NCBI GenBank assembly: GCA_011364925.1
Contig: RDOA01000017.1
Coordinates: 1-64,000 of the forward strand
Length of the DNA stretch: 64,000 nt
Direction: 5' to 3'
Source: Promethearchaeota archaeon
Lineage (GTDB): Archaea; Asgardarchaeota; Lokiarchaeia; Sigyniarchaeales; SOKP01
Shown: positions 57,312 to 64,000 of the stretch, one piece after another
Layout: every line of letters begins with the position of its first letter
Position numbering within the stretch: the stretch's first letter is position 1
Position numbers and translations under genes: made by a program
The notes under the pieces: model-generated
The model's database searches: none
What the model was told of the DNA's origin: nothing
Seen by the model: only the letters and a program-made list of their open reading frames with translations

Positions 57312-60300
57312 TTAATCCCATAAACTTTCGATTTTTCTTACTTCTTTATCGCTTGTTCTATGGAATTTCCTTCTCCGAATTATAATAGCTACTACTATGA
57401 CCACTACTATGGCGACCATTATTGCGATACCAAAAGGGCTTAATAGGAACGCAATAAAATCAAAAGGCGCGGGTATGTCCCTAATCAGCGTAATGCTATC
57501 AGAAGACTCATATAGACTATCATTCGCATAAAATACAATCAGTACTGGCCCATTTGAAAGAGCGTTCCACGCAGCCTGGTCAATGGTTACTACATTAGTC
57601 CCAGGAACAACTGCAAATGAATAATTACGCCCTCCTATTGAATACCAGGCAGAATCGAGGTTAGCGTCGTTAATTGTCAAAGTAATTTCTGGAGGTGTAC
57701 TCGAATAATATGTAGTATTTGCCGCAGGTAGTATAATGTTAACTACTGGTGCTACAGTGTCTTTAATAAGATTAAATGTGTAAAGACTATTTAAGTTACC
57801 CGCAGTATCGTTAGCAAAGAACGCTATCGTGAACGGTCCTTCTGGTATCGCATCCCAGATCGCTAAGTCCATGAGTTGATTGGTGTTGTTTCCTGTGTAA
57901 AACACAGGAGCATAAGGCGCTACAACGTACCAAATCGAATCTACATTTGTATCGTAGATAATAATATTGATGTATGGTTGTGTCCCTATAGTCGTGTCGT
58001 CTACTGGAAGGTTTACAATTATAGTTGGAACATTTTTATCAACTGTTACTGTGACCGTATCAAAAGCTTCGTTACCGGCTGTATCATTTGCATAGAAGTA
58101 GATCGTCAATGATCCACCCGGAAAAGAATCCCACGCTAGTTGATTAAAGGTACCGTTAGTTAAAAATGTATAATTAGTCAACCCATTATCAAGAGAATAC
58201 CACATTGAAACCAAATGAGGATCATTAATTTCGACCGTAAAACTAGGTGGATTTATATTAAGTAATTGAAGCGCTATGGGTGTTAGAATATTAACCGTCG
58301 GAGCAACCGTGTCCCTGTTGATTTGTACATATTGATAAGCAAAGTTACCTGCGGTGTCGTTAGCATAAAAAGTCAAAGTAATAAGGCCATCGCTAAGAGC
58401 GTTCCATTCAATTTGATCTATTGTTCCATTAGTAAAAAATGTGATATTAGTGGGTGGAATGACTCCATCATCAAGAGAATACCACATCGAATCAAGATCG
58501 CTATCGAAAATTTCAACGATAAAACTTGGAGCCGCTGGTCCGAAATAAGTCCCTGGAGTTGGTGAAACTATTGTTATATCAGGTGCATTTGCGTTTTTAT
58601 TAAAAGTTCGTGAAGCTGAGTTCATATGACCAAATGTATCATTAGCATAAAATGTTATAGTAACAGAAATAGGTCCATCTCCAAGATTAGCCCACGCAGT
58701 TGGATCGATAGTTCCATTTACTATAAACGTAAAATTATTTAGTCCTGCATCAATTGTATACCACATCGTATCAAGGGTGTTATCACTAATTTCAACAATG
58801 AAATTTGGTGCTGTAGCTCCAAACGTTTGACCTGGGAGAGGAGAAACGGCATTGATCACTGGAGCAAGAGTATCTCTATTAACTCCTACGCTCGCAGAGA
58901 TCAAGTTACCCGCAGAATCGTTCACATAGAATGTAATCGTAACGGACCCTTGCCCTGCAATGCTCCAGGCTGTAGAGTTAATCGTTCCACTCGCTGCTCC
59001 TGTGTAGTTGTTCGCACCTCCATCGAGCGTATACCAAATGGTATCTAAATTCGTTTCGGTTATCGAAAGGCTATAAGTTGGAGGTGTGCTATCAAACCAT
59101 GTTCCCGACAACGGCGAATCAATGCTGTCTATTGAAGGATTGATGCTATCCCTATTAATTATTACGCTCGCGATGTCCAAGTTACCCGCAGAATCGTTCG
59201 CATAGAACGTAATCGTAACTGCACCTTGACCTGCGCCACTCCAAGCTGTAGAATCGATCGTTCCGCTCGCTGCTCCCGTGTAATTGTTCGCACCTCCATC
59301 GATCGTATACCAAATGGTATCTAAATTCGTTTCGGTTATTGAGAGACTATAAGTTGGAGGAGTGCTATCAAACCAAGTTCCTGACAACGGTGAGTCTATG
59401 CTATCTATTGAAGGATTCACACTATCTTTATTAATAGTTACACTCGCGGTATCCCAGTTACCTGCAGAGTCGTTCACGTAAAACGTAATTGTCACGGAAC
59501 CTTGACCTGCGTTAGTCCAAGCAGTCGTGTCGATGGTTCCACTCACAGCTCCCGTGTAGTTGTTCGTACCTCCATTAAGCGTATACCAAATTGAATCTAA
59601 ATTTGCTTCGGTTATGGAGAGACTGTAGTCAGGTGGTGATGAATGGTAAGAACCGGGGGAGGGAGAACCTATACTATCGATTGAAGGGTCGATACTATCT
59701 TTATTAATTCCCACGCTTGCGGTGTCCCAATTACCCGCAGTATCGTTTGTGTAGAATATAATCGTCACGCCACCTTGACCCGCGTTAGTCCAAGCAGTAG
59801 AATCGATGCTTCCGCTCGCTGCTCCCGTGTAGTTGTTCGTACCTCCATCGAGCGTATACCAAATGGTATCTAAATTCGTTTCGGTTATTGAAAGGCTATA
59901 ACTTGGAGGAGTACTATCATACCACGTTCCAGGTAATGGCGAATCAATACTATCAATGGAGGGATCAATAGAATCTTTATTTACTATAACGCTCGCGGTA
60001 TCCCAATTACCTACGGAGTCATTTACATAGAACGTAATCGTGACAGCGCCTTGACCAGCGTTAGTCCACGCAGTCGTGTCGATGGTTCCACTCGCCGCTC
60101 CCGTGTAATTATTCGTGCCTCCGTTAAGCGTATACCATATTATATCTAAATTTGCCTCGGTGATTGAAAGACTGTAAGTAGGAGGAGTACCACCAAACCA
60201 CACTCCCGGTAATGGAGAATCGATACTATCGATCGATGGATCGAGACTATCTTTGTTTACTATAACGCTTGCGGTGTCCCAGTTACCCGCAGAGTCGTTC

Positions 60301-62039
60301 GCATAAAACGTAATGGTAACTGTGCCGTCACCCGCGTTAGTCCAAGCAGTAGAATCGATGGTTCCACTCGCCGCTCCCGTGTAATTGTTTGTGCCTCCAT
60401 CGAGCGTATACCAAATAGTGTCTAAATTCGTTTCGGTTATAGAGAGACTATAAGTTGGAGGAGTACTATCAAACCACGTTCCAGGTAATGGCGAATCAAT
60501 ACTATCTATTGAAGGATTCACACTATCTTTAGTAATTGTTACGCTTGCGGTATCCCAATTACCCGCAGAGTCATTCACGTAAAACGTAATTGTCACGGAA
60601 CCTTGACCTGCGTTAGTCCAAGCAGTAGAATCGATCGTTCCACTTGCCGCTCCCGTGTAGTTATTCGTACCTCCGTCAAGCGTATACCAAATAGTATCTA
60701 AATTTGCCTCGGTGATTGAAAGACTATAATCTGGCGGTGTTGAGTGGTAAGAACCAGGGGAGGGAGAACCAATACTATCAATTGAGGGATCAATGGAATC
60801 TTTATTTACTATAACGCTTGCGACATCCCAGTTACCCGCAGAGTCGTTCACGTAGAATGTAATTGTCACGGAGCCTTGACCCGCGTTAGTCCAAGCAGTC
60901 GTGCCAATGGTTCCACTCGCTGCTCCTGTATAATTATTTGTGCCTCCATCGAGCGTATACCAAATAGTATCCAAATTCGTTTCGGTTATAGAGAGACTAT
61001 AGGTTGGAGGAGTGCTATCAAACCATGTTCCTGACAACGGCGAATCAATGCTATCAATGGAAGGATCAATGGAATCTTTAGTAATTGTTACGCCTGCGGT
61101 ATCCCAGTTACCCGCAGAGTCGTTCACGTAAAACGTAATTGTCACGGAACCTTGACCTGCGTTAGTCCAAGCAGTGGTATCTATGGTTCCACTCGCTGCT
61201 CCCGTGTAGTTGTTCGTACCTCCGTCGAGCGTGTACCATATAGTATCTAAATTAGCCTCGGTTATGGAGAGGCTATAGCTAGGTGGAACTGAATGATTTG
61301 AGAAAGGTATTGGGGAATCTATACTATCGATTGAAGGGTTAATACTATCTTTATTAATTCCCACGCTTGCAGTGTCCCAGTTAGTTGCGGAATCGTTCAC
61401 GTAGAAAGTAATAGTTATGCCTCCTTGACCCGCGTTAGTCCAGGCTGTGGAATCGATCGTTCCGCTCACTGCTCCCGTGTAATTATTCGTGCCTCCGTCG
61501 AGCGTATACCAAATAGTATCTAAATTCGTTTCGGTTATGGAAAGGCTATAGTCTGGTGGTGCCGAGTGATATGAACTAGGGGAAGGAGAATCGATGCTAT
61601 CAATGGTAGGATCGACGCTATCTTTATTGATAATAACCGATGCAAAATCCTCTTCAGAAATACTATTGTTGGCGTAAAAGGTTAAAGTGACTGATCCTTC
61701 TCCGTGAGCAGTCCACTCAGTTTGATCGAGAGTTCCGTTTGATATAAAAGTAATGTTGGTTGAACCTCCATCAATAGTGTACCACATTGTATCTATCGTA
61801 TCCGCAGGGTCGCTTATCTCAACAATAAAACCTGGTGCTGTCGCATTAAAGTATTCCCCATTGGTAGGCGAAACGATATTTATTGATATCGCTGCTGTCT
61901 TTGGATATTCATTGTTATAAATTAAGTTATCTTGAGGAGAGTATTTGCTTGCGATGTTCACTGATAAAAACAATAAAGTAAGTAAACCAAATAAAACTAA
62001 CAAATGAATTTCTTTTTTTTGATTATTTAATTTCTTCAT
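57312..62039 (-). CDS. 1575-aa cell-surface protein with ~16 tandem Ig-like domains and a C-terminal TM
   Basis: Signal/TM; repeats SP..G....PP.(Y/F)....D..WY..D.G...W.......ITFYANDxAGN; C-terminal TM and tail RRRKFHRTSDKEVRKIESLWD. Confidence 0.88.
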   Translation of the reverse strand: MKKLNNQKKEIHLLVLFGLLTLLFLSVNIASKYSPQDNLIYNNEYPKTAAISINIVSPTNGEYFNATAPGFIVEISDPADTIDTMWYTIDGGSTNITFISNGTLDQTEWTAHGEGSVTLTFYANNSISEEDFASVIINKDSVDPTIDSIDSPSPSSYHSAPPDYSLSITETNLDTIWYTLDGGTNNYTGAVSGTIDSTAWTNAGQGGITITFYVNDSATNWDTASVGINKDSINPSIDSIDSPIPFSNHSVPPSYSLSITEANLDTIWYTLDGGTNNYTGAASGTIDTTAWTNAGQGSVTITFYVNDSAGNWDTAGVTITKDSIDPSIDSIDSPLSGTWFDSTPPTYSLSITETNLDTIWYTLDGGTNNYTGAASGTIGTTAWTNAGQGSVTITFYVNDSAGNWDVASVIVNKDSIDPSIDSIGSPSPGSYHSTPPDYSLSITEANLDTIWYTLDGGTNNYTGAASGTIDSTAWTNAGQGSVTITFYVNDSAGNWDTASVTITKDSVNPSIDSIDSPLPGTWFDSTPPTYSLSITETNLDTIWYTLDGGTNNYTGAASGTIDSTAWTNAGDGTVTITFYANDSAGNWDTASVIVNKDSLDPSIDSIDSPLPGVWFGGTPPTYSLSITEANLDIIWYTLNGGTNNYTGAASGTIDTTAWTNAGQGAVTITFYVNDSVGNWDTASVIVNKDSIDPSIDSIDSPLPGTWYDSTPPSYSLSITETNLDTIWYTLDGGTNNYTGAASGSIDSTAWTNAGQGGVTIIFYTNDTAGNWDTASVGINKDSIDPSIDSIGSPSPGSYHSSPPDYSLSITEANLDSIWYTLNGGTNNYTGAVSGTIDTTAWTNAGQGSVTITFYVNDSAGNWDTASVTINKDSVNPSIDSIDSPLSGTWFDSTPPTYSLSITETNLDTIWYTIDGGANNYTGAASGTIDSTAWSGAGQGAVTITFYANDSAGNLDIASVIINRDSINPSIDSIDSPLSGTWFDSTPPTYSLSITETNLDTIWYTLDGGANNYTGAASGTINSTAWSIAGQGSVTITFYVNDSAGNLISASVGVNRDTLAPVINAVSPLPGQTFGATAPNFIVEISDNTLDTMWYTIDAGLNNFTFIVNGTIDPTAWANLGDGPISVTITFYANDTFGHMNSASRTFNKNANAPDITIVSPTPGTYFGPAAPSFIVEIFDSDLDSMWYSLDDGVIPPTNITFFTNGTIDQIEWNALSDGLITLTFYANDTAGNFAYQYVQINRDTVAPTVNILTPIALQLLNINPPSFTVEINDPHLVSMWYSLDNGLTNYTFLTNGTFNQLAWDSFPGGSLTIYFYANDTAGNEAFDTVTVTVDKNVPTIIVNLPVDDTTIGTQPYINIIIYDTNVDSIWYVVAPYAPVFYTGNNTNQLMDLAIWDAIPEGPFTIAFFANDTAGNLNSLYTFNLIKDTVAPVVNIILPAANTTYYSSTPPEITLTINDANLDSAWYSIGGRNYSFAVVPGTNVVTIDQAAWNALSNGPVLIVFYANDSLYESSDSITLIRDIPAPFDFIAFLLSPFGIAIMVAIVVVIVVAIIIRRRKFHRTSDKEVRKIESLWD
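58875..61625 (-). repeat. Ten near-identical 273/276-bp tandem coding repeats
   Basis: The IWYT codon block recurs near 59027, 59303, 59579, 59852, 60128, 60404, 60680, 60953, 61229 and 61502. Confidence 0.92.
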
Positions 62040-62229
62040 TTAGAAAACACTGGTTTTTTTAACGAATTGCTATTTAAGAAGAATTTAAGCAATTTATCAA
62101 TATTAATTTTGGCTTTTTAATTATCTAAATCACACTTTAAATTTGTCATCTAACTGTTTAACTTAGAAATAAGACGAAATAATCGTTTAATTAGAATTAG
62201 TACAAATTAAATATATATATTAAAAAGAA

Positions 62230-63039
62230 TTAAGCAGCGACGTACAATCTGCCAGCAGTTTCTTTTTTAATAGTGTGATCTCCACTATACTCAATGAATT
62301 TACCTTTTATTACTTCTCCGTTAGGGAGTTGAACTTCCTTAACTTCTCCAACTTTTTTATATGAGGGTAAAAGTCTTGAAACTTTTCCTTTGACTACAAT
62401 ATTACCCCACGCTTGATCTGCTCCAGTACAACGATCAACGTCTCCTTCTACTACGATCGTCCCGCCGTGGTTATGAATCCCTAAAAATGCATCCGCGCTA
62501 CCACAGTACAATGTTGGCCACTTATTTGCAGGTTTTGAACTCTTTGCCCATAACATTGATTCGATGCCTACTCTACCTTTTACTTTTATAACGCCATCTT
62601 TCATCCCTTGCCAGAAGCCTCTATACGCAGATCCCACGTAGTGTCCAGCATCTCCCGTAATTTCGAGCTCGCCACCTTGAAGCATAGCACCAGCCCAATC
62701 GTCCGCATTTCCGTTAACAACTATTTTACCACCCGACATATTATTCCCGACATGCATCCCGACATCACTATTAATTTCAATCTCTCCGCCAGTCATCTTC
62801 TCGCCAATTCGTTTAACATTAGATAAGTCTCCTTCCATGATGATTTTAGTATTTCCAACTTCAGTAGATTTTCCAGACACATCGAAAAAATCCCCAATTG
62901 TCATCTTTTTAGTTGCGTAATAAACCGGTAGCTTTTTGATTGCAGCGATAGTTTTACCCGCAAAGTTATCTGGGGTTATAGAATCTGCTTCTAATGGGAA
63001 TTTAAGATTTTTCTTTATCTTTAATTTTATCTCATCCAC
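62230..63039 (-). CDS. fwdC: Formylmethanofuran dehydrogenase subunit C
   Basis: PLEADSITP, IGDFFDV, GxxMxGGxIxxxG repeats, GSAYRG; directly downstream of fwdB. Confidence 0.93.
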   Translation of the reverse strand: MDEIKLKIKKNLKFPLEADSITPDNFAGKTIAAIKKLPVYYATKKMTIGDFFDVSGKSTEVGNTKIIMEGDLSNVKRIGEKMTGGEIEINSDVGMHVGNNMSGGKIVVNGNADDWAGAMLQGGELEITGDAGHYVGSAYRGFWQGMKDGVIKVKGRVGIESMLWAKSSKPANKWPTLYCGSADAFLGIHNHGGTIVVEGDVDRCTGADQAWGNIVVKGKVSRLLPSYKKVGEVKEVQLPNGEVIKGKFIEYSGDHTIKKETAGRLYVAA

Positions 63040-63042
63040 GAT

Positions 63043-63999
63043 TTATTCACCCAATTTCCCTTTTACTTTTTCAATAATCCGTTCTAAAATCTCTTTATCT
63101 GACAAACTTTCTCCTGGCGCTTCTTTAACTTTCCTTAATCTTAATGGAACTTTATCCATTCTGTATGCTGTTCCTTCGCATTCGATTCCAGCTATGGCTG
63201 CAGGCAAAACTACATCCGCAAACGCAGAAGTTGGCGTTTTATGAGGTTCAATAGCAATTAATGGGTGTTTAAACAAGTTTTTTACGGCTCCTGCTGGAAA
63301 GTTGCTCCCAGGGTCAGAGGCAACGACTAACGACGCATCAACTTCGTCTCTCATGAGAAGTTGAACAGAAGAAAATTCTCCTGGATTATAGCGTGGATAC
63401 CCTCGCGAAAAATCAATCGAATAAGCGTAACCAGTATTCCAAGCAAAAACTTGGTTCGCACCTGCAACATTATAATGTCCACGCATTGGAATTAAAATGA
63501 ATTTATTATAATCGTTTAATTCTGTTACCAAGCGTATAGCAGTCTCAATATTACGATGATGTGCTAAACTCTGAGTCAAACCCATACCAAAAAAGAGCAC
63601 ACCAAAATTAGCTGATTTTAATCTTTCAACTAGTTCCTTAATGTCTTCTATAGGAACGCCAGCAACTTCTTTTACATCCAGGTCAGTTCCTCTCAACACT
63701 GCCCGTATTGATTGAATTAGCTCGTAATCTTCGTTAGGCTTAACTTTAATATATTTATCTGCAATTTGGGCAGTATGAGTATATCTCGGATCAACAACGA
63801 TTATATATCTATCGTTTCGACCATCGGTTCTAAAATATCCTCTTATAAAATCACTATATCTACTTAAATGTCTGGGGTGAGCGTGAACTGGATTAGATCC
63901 CCAAAAAATAACTGTATCAGCCCTATTTTTGATTTCTCCTAAAGTTGCTAGAGACGCGCCGACATCTTGAATTGCTAACAAACTAGGACCATGACAAAC
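63043..63999 (-). CDS. fwdB: Formylmethanofuran dehydrogenase subunit B (5' part outside window)
   Basis: [49 protein letters not shown]. Confidence 0.95.
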   Translation of the reverse strand, partial: VCHGPSLLAIQDVGASLATLGEIKNRADTVIFWGSNPVHAHPRHLSRYSDFIRGYFRTDGRNDRYIIVVDPRYTHTAQIADKYIKVKPNEDYELIQSIRAVLRGTDLDVKEVAGVPIEDIKELVERLKSANFGVLFFGMGLTQSLAHHRNIETAIRLVTELNDYNKFILIPMRGHYNVAGANQVFAWNTGYAYSIDFSRGYPRYNPGEFSSVQLLMRDEVDASLVVASDPGSNFPAGAVKNLFKHPLIAIEPHKTPTSAFADVVLPAAIAGIECEGTAYRMDKVPLRLRKVKEAPGESLSDKEILERIIEKVKGKLGE

Positions 64000-64000
64000 C

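Noticed and set aside
58875-61625. CRISPR array or DGR template/variable repeats
   Set aside because: The repeats are in-frame coding units with mostly synonymous variation, no spacers, no adenine-specific pattern and no reverse transcriptase nearby.
63994-63996. Possible selenocysteine in FwdB (VxHGP motif)
   Set aside because: The codon on the minus strand is TGT (Cys), not TGA.

Overview
AT-rich, gene-dense archaeal chromosome segment. Gene content points to an Asgard archaeon, probably Lokiarchaeia (inference): longin-fused small GTPase, uDENN/longin-wHTH protein, SDS22-type LRR protein, 7TM-like membrane proteins, giant surface proteins rich in N-glycosylation sequons, Loki-CTERM-like anchor, fwdB/fwdC/hdrB/fdhD. 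I found no rRNA, tRNA, CRISPR array or transposase. Main candidates for novelty: (1) six genes (31090-39921) encoding 2TM plus left-handed beta-helix subunits of three classes (A/B/C), present once split and once as an AB fusion, resembling a stand-alone version of the membrane C1-C2-C3 module of epsilon-poly-lysine synthetase; (2) a three-copy cassette (GTTCC-N10-GGAAC-N10-GTTCC operator, TATA, 5' hairpin, secreted protein, covarying 3' hairpin) with one ORF-less copy that may be an ncRNA; (3) an unannotated 39-aa zinc-ribbon ORF ending TGA-TAA followed by a SECIS-like hairpin; (4) a giant surface protein translationally coupled to an NPRL2-like longin-wHTH protein, facing a longin-GTPase. 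All family assignments come from motif recognition, not database searches.
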